Positions 8,080-16,136 of a DNA stretch of 34,060 bases are shown here, in pieces. The position numbers were made by a program, and so were the translations under genes. The DNA lies in the IMG/VR virus record IMGVR_UViG_3300032274_000030, positions 1 to 34,060 of that record. One strand, 5' to 3'. This DNA is from a virus (taxonomy: Duplodnaviria; Caudoviricetes). The notes beneath the pieces were generated by a model. The model was not told where the DNA came from and searched no databases. It was given only the letters and a program-made list of their open reading frames with translations. Position 1 is the stretch's first letter, and the number at the start of each line of letters is the position of its first letter.

Positions 8080-8748
8080 ATGCAAAACCAACTCGTTCAT
8101 CAATCCGATGGCCGTCTGTTTGTCACCACCCTAGAAATTTCCAACCGCTTCGGCAGGCAGCATAAGGATGTTTTAGAAGCTGTTCGCAGCCTTGAATGTT
8201 CACCTGAGTTCGGACGGCGGAATTTTACGCCGTCCTCCTACAACAACGGCCAAAACAAGGCGCAGCCCATGTACGAAATCACCCGCGACGGCTTCACCTT
8301 CCTGTGCATGGGTTTCACTGGTCAACAAGCGGCGGTCTGGAAAGAACGCTACATCGAAGCGTTCAATCAGATGGAAACCGCGCTGCGCGACAAGCTGCCT
8401 ATGCCTGCCCAGCAGCAGCTCGGCCTCGCTCGTGAGGTTGGGCAGTTGCGTGACATGATCCAGACCCAGCAGACGATGATCATGAACTTGTTTGAGCGAG
8501 TGGATATGGCGCGGCTCGGCCATATTCGTGCGCAAGATAAGCTGGCAAAGACGCTGGATCGTGAACGCAAGATGATCGCCATCAACGAAAAGCGCCAAGC
8601 CCGCGATACGATACTAACGATGGAGTCAGACGGTCAGCCGAGGGAAGTGATCTCGGCCATCACGGGCCGCACGCTCAACCATATCCGGCAGGTAGTGTTT
8701 CAGGCGAAGCGGGACGGCTATTTTCCGATGATGGGTGGTGCAGCATGA
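8080..8748 (+). CDS. rha: Rha-family phage regulatory (antirepressor-like) protein
   Basis: TTLEIS.RFGRQHKDVL, MYEITRDGFTFLCMGFTG..A..WKERYIEAFN.ME. AAGGAG RBS before ATG 8080. Confidence 0.9.
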   Translation: MQNQLVHQSDGRLFVTTLEISNRFGRQHKDVLEAVRSLECSPEFGRRNFTPSSYNNGQNKAQPMYEITRDGFTFLCMGFTGQQAAVWKERYIEAFNQMETALRDKLPMPAQQQLGLAREVGQLRDMIQTQQTMIMNLFERVDMARLGHIRAQDKLAKTLDRERKMIAINEKRQARDTILTMESDGQPREVISAITGRTLNHIRQVVFQAKRDGYFPMMGGAA

Positions 8749-8951
8749 GCGCCATTAACCCAGAAATGGCGGCGATTTCGCGCAAGGCGGGTGTGCTGGC
8801 ATCCCTCGCTATCGCGGCCAGCAGCATGATGTCCGGGTCGCATCCCGCCGAAGTTGATGAGCGCAAGGCCATCGCACTTGATTTGATGGATGCGGCGGCG
8901 TATCTTTCAGCGCAGGTGAGCATACAGTTTGATAAGATAGTTTACGACTAG
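8745..8951 (+). CDS. Hypothetical protein
   Basis: ATGA overlap with rha, followed by a terminator. Confidence 0.65.
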   Translation: MSAINPEMAAISRKAGVLASLAIAASSMMSGSHPAEVDERKAIALDLMDAAAYLSAQVSIQFDKIVYD

Positions 8952-8960
8952 CCCCCACCT

Positions 8961-8987
8961 AGCCCCGCCCAGTGCGGGGTTTTCTTC
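8961..8987 (+). terminator. Rho-independent terminator
   Basis: AGCCCCGC-CCAGT-GCGGGGTT hairpin followed by TTCTT. Confidence 0.75.
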
Positions 8988-8990
8988 GCC

Positions 8991-9033
8991 CTGAAGCCCT
9001 TCAGTATCGCCCCTCCCCGCGCGCGCGTAACCT
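8991..9033 (+). promoter_or_regulatory. Putative Mor/C-activated late promoter (lysis operon)
   Basis: CTGAAGCCCTTCAGTATCGCCC dyad, near-identical to 18685-18706. -10-like TAACCT at 9028-9033 with no -35. Confidence 0.7.
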
Positions 9034-9039
9034 CGCGCC

Positions 9040-9216
9040 ATGTCCAAATCAGAAAAAACATGTGGCACTTGTCGCCTCTGGGTTCGCTACAGCAACCCCG
9101 ATATGAACCATATGGGCCGCTGTCTTGACCGAAAGCCGGGGCAGCATTCTGACCCGGAATCCCTTTGTGTTTTACAACCCATTAAATGGAGTAAACGTGC
9201 GCCAATCCCTCATTAA
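9040..9216 (+). CDS. 58-aa Cys-rich (CxxC...C...C) small protein
   Basis: MSKSEKTCGTCRLWVRYSNPDMNHMGRCLDRKPGQHSDPESLCVLQPIKWSKRAPIPH, first ORF after the late promoter. Confidence 0.55.
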   Translation: MSKSEKTCGTCRLWVRYSNPDMNHMGRCLDRKPGQHSDPESLCVLQPIKWSKRAPIPH

Positions 9217-9547
9217 ATTACCTCGTTTTACTGGGCTAATAATTCTAACCATTGTTTTGCTAGCGTTTATTGCCTATTTAAAGCCAGAGCTAATTGGCGG
9301 TGACCTGCACAAGCTTTCTCTTAATATGCTGGGTGCGTTATCCGGTTTTTGGATTGATATGCGTGCATTTCCTTATGCCCGGCCAGATGGCTATTTAACA
9401 GCCATTTGCTGGAGGACGGTCGAAAAACGTGAGGGAGCCGCCAACTTTTCCATTGCGTCAGGCTACGAGATCGTATTTGCGGTGTGCTTGCTACGGAGGG
9501 CCCTCATGATGGTCGGTGGCATGCTCACAACCGGGATGGCGCTGTAA
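9197..9547 (+). CDS. Putative holin (2-3 TM, D3112/B3-type)
   Basis: GFWIDMRAFPYARP and LRRALM motifs with three hydrophobic segments. GGAG RBS before GTG 9197. Precedes the endolysin. Confidence 0.8.
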   Translation: MRQSLIKLPRFTGLIILTIVLLAFIAYLKPELIGGDLHKLSLNMLGALSGFWIDMRAFPYARPDGYLTAICWRTVEKREGAANFSIASGYEIVFAVCLLRRALMMVGGMLTTGMAL

Positions 9548-10188
9548 TGCGTTTTTCCCGCAAAGCCGCCCGCTGGGCGTTGCTGATCTCTGTATTTGTG
9601 CCGTTTCTGATGCTTTTACTGATAGGCACGGCGCTGGCTGATGTGCCTCGCGCATCGCTCAAGTACAAGCGCGATTTGATTCGCACTGCGCGCTATGTTT
9701 GGGGGCTGGACGCGCCTATCGCAGTGTTGGCCGCGCAGATTCAGCAGGAGTCGGCGTGGAATAAAAACGCACGTTCAATCTATGCCAGCGGACTGACGCA
9801 ATTCACACCCTTAACCGCCGACTGGATCAGCAAGATGCATCCGCATGATCTGGGTGAAGCCGCACCTCTAAGCCCGCGCTGGGCGCTGCGTGCTCAGTCG
9901 ATCTATATGCGCCAACTTTACAGGTCAACCGATGCCGCTAGCGAATGCGACGGTATGTGGATGGCCTTGTGGAAATACAACGGCGGCGCGGGCTGGGTGC
10001 GGCGCGATCAGCGCCTTGCAAAAAAGAACGGGGCAGATGTTCGTGTTGCGCTTGAGGTTGAGCCATATAACGCAGGTCGTGCGCCTGCCTTTTTTAAAGA
10101 AAATCGAGACTACCCGAGAAAAATATTGCTTCGGTGGCAACCGAGGTATGCGGTGTGGGGAGGGGTAATCGAATGTCAAACGAAATGA
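9547..10188 (+). CDS. Endolysin, SLT-type lytic transglycosylase with N-terminal signal
   Basis: AAQIQQESAW catalytic Glu, GLTQFTP, YNGGAGWV and ENRDYP motifs. Hydrophobic N-terminus ending ALA. Confidence 0.9.
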   Translation: MRFSRKAARWALLISVFVPFLMLLLIGTALADVPRASLKYKRDLIRTARYVWGLDAPIAVLAAQIQQESAWNKNARSIYASGLTQFTPLTADWISKMHPHDLGEAAPLSPRWALRAQSIYMRQLYRSTDAASECDGMWMALWKYNGGAGWVRRDQRLAKKNGADVRVALEVEPYNAGRAPAFFKENRDYPRKILLRWQPRYAVWGGVIECQTK

Positions 10189-10322
10189 TCCGTCGCGCAT
10201 GGTCGTTAATTATATTGACGATTGTCGGTGCACAGCTCGCTTTGTTGCTGTGGTTTGGCGTTGCCGATGATCGAAATTTGCCGCCTTGCCATTTTGTCGC
10301 GGAGGCCGCGACATGGGGCTAG
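10173..10322 (+). CDS. Small single-TM membrane protein in the lysis cassette
   Basis: GGAGG RBS. WSLIILTIVGAQLALLLWFGV TM segment. Confidence 0.55.
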   Translation: MSNEMIRRAWSLIILTIVGAQLALLLWFGVADDRNLPPCHFVAEAATWG

Positions 10323-10885
10323 ATAAATCCAAATTATGGACAGTAGGGTCGAGTGTTGCAACCTTGGCGCTGATTTATTCTGTCGTGCGTCTAAACAATG
10401 CGCCGCTTCCCATCAGGCTTGCTGTGCTAGCCAAACCCGCGCCAATAGTTGCAAAGATTGCCAAGGTTGATACGCCTGTGTTGACTAAGACTGTGAAGAC
10501 GTTGCCGCCTGTGGTTAAGCGCAAGTTGCATTTGCCGCCGCCTGTGCAGGCTGATGTTGATCAGCATGTCATTGATGCGGTGGTAGTTCCCGCCGACGGC
10601 CATAGTCACACATTGACACCCGTGCTGAATTTTAAAACGGGCGTGACTAAAACCTACGTCCGGGTAAACCCTGATCCTTGGTTTTCACTAAATTTTGACG
10701 GCGACGCGGGGTTGTATTTGGGTTTGTACAACGGTACACCCGCGCTACGGTTTCAAGCACGCCAGTCAGTTTTTAAAATCACGTCAATTCACTTCGGCGG
10801 CATGGGTTCGATCACTCAGCCTATATCTGGCGTGCCGATTCCGCCTTCTGGCTTTATTGGTTTGGGGATTTGGGGGCCGTGGTGA
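10313..10885 (+). CDS. Membrane-anchored lysis accessory protein, candidate spanin
   Basis: GGAGG RBS, N-terminal TM, Pro/Val-rich middle, amphipathic beta C-terminus ending in W. Occupies the spanin position. Confidence 0.7.
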   Translation: MGLDKSKLWTVGSSVATLALIYSVVRLNNAPLPIRLAVLAKPAPIVAKIAKVDTPVLTKTVKTLPPVVKRKLHLPPPVQADVDQHVIDAVVVPADGHSHTLTPVLNFKTGVTKTYVRVNPDPWFSLNFDGDAGLYLGLYNGTPALRFQARQSVFKITSIHFGGMGSITQPISGVPIPPSGFIGLGIWGPW

Positions 10886-10977
10886 ATGCGACGGGCGGTT
10901 ATGTCCAGTGCAAAAACCCCGAGTGCCGGGTTTGGCAAAAGTCGCATCGGGTGTGTGGTTGCGGCTGGCGACTTTAA
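10882..10977 (+). CDS. 31-aa Zn-ribbon peptide
   Basis: GTGA overlap with the previous stop. MNATGGYVQCKNPECRVWQKSHRVCGCGWRL fills the gap up to the next RBS. Confidence 0.5.
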   Translation: MNATGGYVQCKNPECRVWQKSHRVCGCGWRL

Positions 10978-10987
10978 AGGGGACATC

Positions 10988-11212
10988 GTGAGTCAAGAAG
11001 ATAGGGCGCAAGAGTTGGAGCTTGCCGAATATGAGCGCAATCAGGCCAGTGCCATCATGCCAAAACCGACGCAGCAATCGGCATTGTTTTGCCAAGATGA
11101 ATGCTGCGGGGTCGAGATACCTGAAGCGCGGCGGGAGGCTTATCCCGGGGTGCAGTTTTGTGTGGAGTGCCAATGCCTTAACGAAAAAAAGGATAGACAT
11201 GTTGCAAATTGA
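10988..11212 (+). CDS. TraR/DksA C4 zinc-finger protein
   Basis: DRAQELE...C...CG.EIPEARREAYPG..FCVECQ. AAGGGG RBS before GTG 10988. Confidence 0.88.
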   Translation: MSQEDRAQELELAEYERNQASAIMPKPTQQSALFCQDECCGVEIPEARREAYPGVQFCVECQCLNEKKDRHVAN

Positions 11213-11606
11213 GATTTGGCAGGTGGTGGGTTCACTGGCGGCGATTTTGACTGCTTTCGCTGGCATGATTTGGGTGTTCGGAAAAATACTGGCTGCGCAA
11301 TTCAAGGCTAGTTTGGATACACGCTTTGCAGCCCAAGATGAGTTGAGAAAGCAACGTGAGTCAGCAATGGATGAACGCTTCCGACGCATGGAAGAAGATC
11401 TTGAAGGGAAAGCGCCGCATTACAACGAACGGATATCTTATCTTGAGGCCAACGCTAAAAAATCCCCGACGCATGATGACCTGTCAGGTCTGCATGAAAA
11501 AATTAACGGTGTCAGCAATGACATTAGTGAGCTATCTGGTGCGTTTGGCGGGGTTAAAACATTGCTTGAAACCCTCCATCGCCACCTGCTAAACGGAGGT
11601 AAATAA
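11199..11606 (+). CDS. Membrane-anchored coiled-coil protein (DUF2730-like, Mu gp25 position)
   Basis: N-terminal TM and PTHDDL..LHEKIN motif. Synteny before gp26 and TerS. Confidence 0.7.
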   Translation: MLQIEIWQVVGSLAAILTAFAGMIWVFGKILAAQFKASLDTRFAAQDELRKQRESAMDERFRRMEEDLEGKAPHYNERISYLEANAKKSPTHDDLSGLHEKINGVSNDISELSGAFGGVKTLLETLHRHLLNGGK

Positions 11607-11896
11607 TGAGCTATGCCGAAGAGGTCGCTTCCTCACGCCGCCTCGCTATCCTGCAGGCACTGTATTTCGCGCCGGGCTATACGCTCAGCGCAGTCGAACT
11701 TCGCCGACAAGTCGAGTTTGCAGGTTATATCACCAGCATGGACAAAATGGCCGCTGAACTGGCATGGCTAGCTGAGATGACATTGATTGAACTGTTGGAG
11801 CTGGACGTGGTGCGGCTCAACGCGCGAGGCGAGGACGTGGCTTTTGGCCGCAGTCAAACACCGGGCGTGCGCCGCCCTTCGCCAGGGGGGATGTAA
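11606..11896 (+). CDS. Mu gp26-like winged-helix protein
   Basis: RRLAIL..L...PGY, L.WLAE..L, RGEDVA.GR...PGV.RPSP motifs. Confidence 0.8.
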   Translation: MSYAEEVASSRRLAILQALYFAPGYTLSAVELRRQVEFAGYITSMDKMAAELAWLAEMTLIELLELDVVRLNARGEDVAFGRSQTPGVRRPSPGGM

Positions 11897-12396
11897 TGGC
11901 ACACAGTGATGATGTCCGCCGCGCCGTTCGCGCGGCTTATGTTTTTGACCAGCTCGCGCTTGAGGTTGCCGCAACGACACACGGCGTACCTTACGCCACG
12001 GCGCGTAACTGGAAACGTGACGGCAAAACACTAGGCGATGACTGGGACAAGGCACGTGGTGCGCAGATGCTTGCGGGTGGCTGTGTTGAGGATGTGATGC
12101 GACAAACACTGGCGGTGGCGGTACAGCAGACGCAGTCAACCATTGAAGCATTGCAGACCAATACAGAGATGGCCCCGATTGAGAAGGTTAAAGCGCTTGC
12201 CAGCCTCTCAGACTCACTCAATAAGTTAATGGCGGCATTTGGCAAACTGATGCCAGAGACAAACAAGCTGGCGGTGGCCACGGACGTGATGAAGCGGCAG
12301 GCAGAGTTTATACGGTTGAGCTTCCCGCAGCATACAGCGGTATTTGCGGACATTTTGGCACCGTTTGGTGAGGAATTAGCGAGGGCGTATGGCTGA
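11896..12396 (+). CDS. Terminase small subunit (DUF1804-like)
   Basis: MAHS...R..VR..YVFD, TAR.WK......GDDWDKAR.A motifs. Upstream of TerL. Confidence 0.85.
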   Translation: MAHSDDVRRAVRAAYVFDQLALEVAATTHGVPYATARNWKRDGKTLGDDWDKARGAQMLAGGCVEDVMRQTLAVAVQQTQSTIEALQTNTEMAPIEKVKALASLSDSLNKLMAAFGKLMPETNKLAVATDVMKRQAEFIRLSFPQHTAVFADILAPFGEELARAYG

Positions 12397-12607
12397 TTTA
12401 ATGTGGTTGAAATATAACGAGATGCGCCCGATCAAACCATACGAAAAGGTTTGTAATGTGAGTTTTCGTGGGGAGCGCCCCGACGCGATTGTTTTTACTT
12501 CAGACGATATGGATGCGTTGTTGAGCTGCTGCCCAGCATGCGCTGCGCGTTGGTTGAAGCAGGTGCAGGCAGCAATAGGCGAAGAACAGGGAGCGGCAAA
12601 TGGCTAA
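12389..12607 (+). CDS. Hypothetical protein inserted between TerS and TerL
   Basis: 8-bp ATGGCTGA overlap, GAGG RBS, contains CCPAC. Confidence 0.65.
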   Translation: MADLMWLKYNEMRPIKPYEKVCNVSFRGERPDAIVFTSDDMDALLSCCPACAARWLKQVQAAIGEEQGAANG

Positions 12608-12833
12608 ATTATCAGGGGCTACTGAATACGCGTTGAATATTGTCGCTCATGCCCTTATGGCGCGAGGAATGGCAAAAAACGTCAAAGGGATGGACGACTT
12701 TTATGATTATTGGCTGTCATTGCAGGTAGCCAAAGATCGTGAAATCGTTGAGGCGTATATCAAGTTAGCGACTCAGGCTACAAAGGATTTTTCCGCCATG
12801 CTTGATAAGGATATGGAAAAGGCTAATGGCTAG
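12600..12833 (+). CDS. Hypothetical protein inserted between TerS and TerL
   Basis: 8-bp ATGGCTAA overlap, GGAG RBS. Confidence 0.65.
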   Translation: MAKLSGATEYALNIVAHALMARGMAKNVKGMDDFYDYWLSLQVAKDREIVEAYIKLATQATKDFSAMLDKDMEKANG

Positions 12834-14568
12834 CAATTTAGAAAAAGACTTCCTCAAAGAAATCGCCGAGCTAGCTCAAGGGTTGCGTGCGGAAATCGAG
12901 GCCAAACAGGTTGGGCTTGATCCGTCGCCTGCAGCGCGACTGGCGCGGCGTAAGCGCGTGCTGTTGGATGGTGACTTTGAGTTCTTTTGCTACACCTATA
13001 TGTCGCACCACATCCGCCCGCCTGCGTCACAGTTTCACGAGCACTTTTTTAAACGCTTCCCGATGCTGCTGGATAAGCCAACGGGCGCTAAAGAATGGTG
13101 GGTTGCGCCGCGTGGCGAGGCCAAGTCATCGCTGGCGACCAAGGTCGGCCCTGTCTGGTGTGCGGTGCGCGCTTTGCTGCAACGGCCTGCTATTCGTGCA
13201 GAGATTGGCTGGGAGGGAGAAGCGCCGTATTACATCGACTACATCACACTGCTCGGGGCAGAAACTAAGCTGCCGACCAAACTGCTTGAGGTCGTTAAAG
13301 TTGAGCTGACGGTTAACGCCGCGCTGGCGCTTGATTTTCCTGAAGCATGCGGCACTACTAAAAACTGGAAGATTGGTGAATTCACCACGAAAAGCGGGGT
13401 CAAGATCGAGAGCTTCGGCGCTGAGCAAGCGATTCGCGGCACGTTCCACGGTTCATCACGCCCTAAGCTGTTACTCGGCGATGACCTCATTACCGATAAA
13501 GAAGCCAAAAGCCCCACCGAGTGCAATAACCGCTGGGACTGGTTGGAAAAGGCCGTGGACTTCCTCGGCCCACCTGACGGCACCGTTAAATTTGTAGGTG
13601 TCGGTACGGTACTTAACAAAAATGACCCGATCAGCCGCGCCAAGGCTGCGATAGGTCACTTGGTGCATCACTTCCGTGCATTGATTGAGCTGCCGTCGCG
13701 CATGGATATGTGGGAAGAATGCCAAGCGCTGATGCTTAACCAGGACAAACCCGCAGAGGAAGCCGCTAATGAACGCGGCGAAGTACTCGAAGAAAACCAA
13801 TTGCCCTCTTTCTTGTTTTATCAGACACACCAAGATGAGATGGAAGCAGGCGCGGAAATATCGTGGCCCGGTGTGAGGTCGCTGTTTTGGCTGATGCGCC
13901 AGCGTGCTAAGAACGCACGGGCGTTTGCTACGGAAATGCAGGGCGACCCGCGTAGTGATGAAGATAAGGTGTTTACACCTGTGCGGTTTTTTATATCTCG
14001 TTCGAATAGCTGGATCATGTTTGGCGCTTGCGATCCGTCTATGGGCAAAGGCGAGAAATCTGACCCATCGGCATTGATTGCAGGTGGATGGGATCGAGAC
14101 AGGAAGAAATTACACGTAATTGAAGCTTCGATTAAACGCCGAGTACCAAGCAAGCTGGAGGCCGATTTGATCGACTTTCAGCGCGAATACAAATGCAGGG
14201 CTATTGGCTTTGAGAATAACAATGCCTATGAACATATGCGCCAGACGTTCATTAGCGCTGGGCTGGCCAAAAGTGTGCCGCTGCCTTTGGTTGCGGTGAC
14301 GGCCACGGTGGATATGGAAGTGCGCATCGAGTCGCTGGAGCCATACATTACCGATGCATTTGATCCGCGCATTTTATTTAGCCCTGTCTTGACCTTGCTG
14401 CTGGCTGAGCTAGATAGCTGGCCAGAGAAACAATCTAGCCACCACTACGACGGCCTAAGTGCGCTACACATTTTATGGATGATGGCGACAACACGCAGCG
14501 GAAAAATTGAATATCAGCGCGCGCCAAGCGGGCGCGATGCAAGCGATACGGGGAGAAAAGGATGGTAG
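12826..14568 (+). CDS. Terminase large subunit (Mu gp28-like)
   Basis: APRGEAKS Walker A, RPKLLLGDD Walker B, VGT, GACDPS nuclease motif and HYDG. Confidence 0.93.
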   Translation: MASNLEKDFLKEIAELAQGLRAEIEAKQVGLDPSPAARLARRKRVLLDGDFEFFCYTYMSHHIRPPASQFHEHFFKRFPMLLDKPTGAKEWWVAPRGEAKSSLATKVGPVWCAVRALLQRPAIRAEIGWEGEAPYYIDYITLLGAETKLPTKLLEVVKVELTVNAALALDFPEACGTTKNWKIGEFTTKSGVKIESFGAEQAIRGTFHGSSRPKLLLGDDLITDKEAKSPTECNNRWDWLEKAVDFLGPPDGTVKFVGVGTVLNKNDPISRAKAAIGHLVHHFRALIELPSRMDMWEECQALMLNQDKPAEEAANERGEVLEENQLPSFLFYQTHQDEMEAGAEISWPGVRSLFWLMRQRAKNARAFATEMQGDPRSDEDKVFTPVRFFISRSNSWIMFGACDPSMGKGEKSDPSALIAGGWDRDRKKLHVIEASIKRRVPSKLEADLIDFQREYKCRAIGFENNNAYEHMRQTFISAGLAKSVPLPLVAVTATVDMEVRIESLEPYITDAFDPRILFSPVLTLLLAELDSWPEKQSSHHYDGLSALHILWMMATTRSGKIEYQRAPSGRDASDTGRKGW

Positions 14569-16136
14569 ACATAGTTGATGTGAACGGAAAACCAATCAAA
14601 AGCGAAGCGCTTAAAACGCAGCAGACCTCTAGGCTTGCGCAATTGCACCGTGAATTTGCGACACACCCCAGCCGTGGCTTAACCCCATCTCGACTGGCAA
14701 ATATTTTGCAACAGGCCGAGATGGGTAACATTGCCGAGCAGCACAATCTATTTGAGGACATGGAAGAAAAGGATGCGCATATTCACGCCGAGATGAGTAA
14801 GCGTAAGCGTGCGTTGCTGACAGAGAAGTGGGATATCGTACCGCCGCGCAATGCCAGTGCTGCCGAGCGGAAGTCGGCTGCATATATCAAAGAGGCCATT
14901 GAAGACATTCCCAATTTTGAAGATGTGATTTTGGATGCGCTAGACGGCATCGGCCACGGCTTTTCATGCCAAGAAATCGAGTGGGAATTGTACGGCAAGG
15001 AATGGGTACCCAAACAGTTTAACCATCGGCCGCAGAGCTGGTTTCAAACTGATGTCGCTACGCGTACCGAGATACGCTTGCGGGACATGTCTCAAGACGG
15101 GCAAGCATTGCAGCCGTTTGGCTGGCTCACACATGTGCATAAGGCAAAGAGCGGATACCTTTCACGCGCGGGCCTGTTTCGCGTGCTGGTATGGCCATAC
15201 TTGTTTAAAAATTACTCAGTGGGCGATTTGGCTGAATTTCTAGAAATATATGGTCTACCGCTACGCCTCGGCAAATATACCATCAACGCTGACGACGAAG
15301 AGAAGGCAACATTAATGCGCGCCGTGATGAGCATTGGGCACAATGCTGCGGGCATTATCCCGGAAGGTATGGCTATCGAGTTTATCGAGGCCGCGAAAGG
15401 TTCGCCCGACCCGTTTATGGCGATGATTGATTGGTGTGAAAAGAGTGCAAGCAAGGCGATATTGGGCGGCACGCTGACCAGTCAAGCGGATGGCAAAACC
15501 AGCACCAATGCGCTGGGGAACGTGCACAACGAGGTGCGCCACGATTTGATGGTGTCAGATGCGCGACAGTTGGGCGGCACGTTTACGCGTGACCTGGTAT
15601 TCCCTTTGCTCTACCTGAACAAGGGCGGCGTGCAGGATCGCCGCCGCTTGCCAAAGTTTAAGTTTATTTTTGACGACACCGAAGACTTAACTGTTTTGGC
15701 TGAGGCGCTTCCTAAGCTGGTTGGGTCTGGCATGCGGATTACACGTAAGTGGGCGCATGAACGCGCCGGGATACCTGAGCCGGAAGATAGTGATGAGCTG
15801 CTGACTGTGGCGGCACCCGCTCCGCCGTCTGCTTCATCAACTTCAGCGGCTGCCGCGACATCAACGGCGGCGCTCTCGGCAGTTGTAGATGCGCCTAGTG
15901 GCAATCCGACTGCTGCTGAAGAGGATGCGCTGGCCGCTGCGACGGCTGCGCATTGGGACGTGGTGATCGGTAGCGTTAAAAATATAGTGGATAGCGCTAC
16001 GAGTATGGCAGCGTTGGAGCAGCAGTTAACTGAGGCTTACGGCTCACTGGAAACTGATGAGCTGACGCGCATCATGGCGGCGGGCTTTGCGTTGGCTGCG
16101 CTGCGGGGCATTGCGGATGTGAGTGATGGCAGATAA
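14562..16136 (+). CDS. Portal protein (Mu gp29, DUF935)
   Basis: LFEDMEEKDAHI..EM.KRK.A, FLEIYGLP.R.GKY, SKAILGGTLTS and LGNVHNEVR motifs. Confidence 0.93.
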   Translation: MVDIVDVNGKPIKSEALKTQQTSRLAQLHREFATHPSRGLTPSRLANILQQAEMGNIAEQHNLFEDMEEKDAHIHAEMSKRKRALLTEKWDIVPPRNASAAERKSAAYIKEAIEDIPNFEDVILDALDGIGHGFSCQEIEWELYGKEWVPKQFNHRPQSWFQTDVATRTEIRLRDMSQDGQALQPFGWLTHVHKAKSGYLSRAGLFRVLVWPYLFKNYSVGDLAEFLEIYGLPLRLGKYTINADDEEKATLMRAVMSIGHNAAGIIPEGMAIEFIEAAKGSPDPFMAMIDWCEKSASKAILGGTLTSQADGKTSTNALGNVHNEVRHDLMVSDARQLGGTFTRDLVFPLLYLNKGGVQDRRRLPKFKFIFDDTEDLTVLAEALPKLVGSGMRITRKWAHERAGIPEPEDSDELLTVAAPAPPSASSTSAAAATSTAALSAVVDAPSGNPTAAEEDALAAATAAHWDVVIGSVKNIVDSATSMAALEQQLTEAYGSLETDELTRIMAAGFALAALRGIADVSDGR

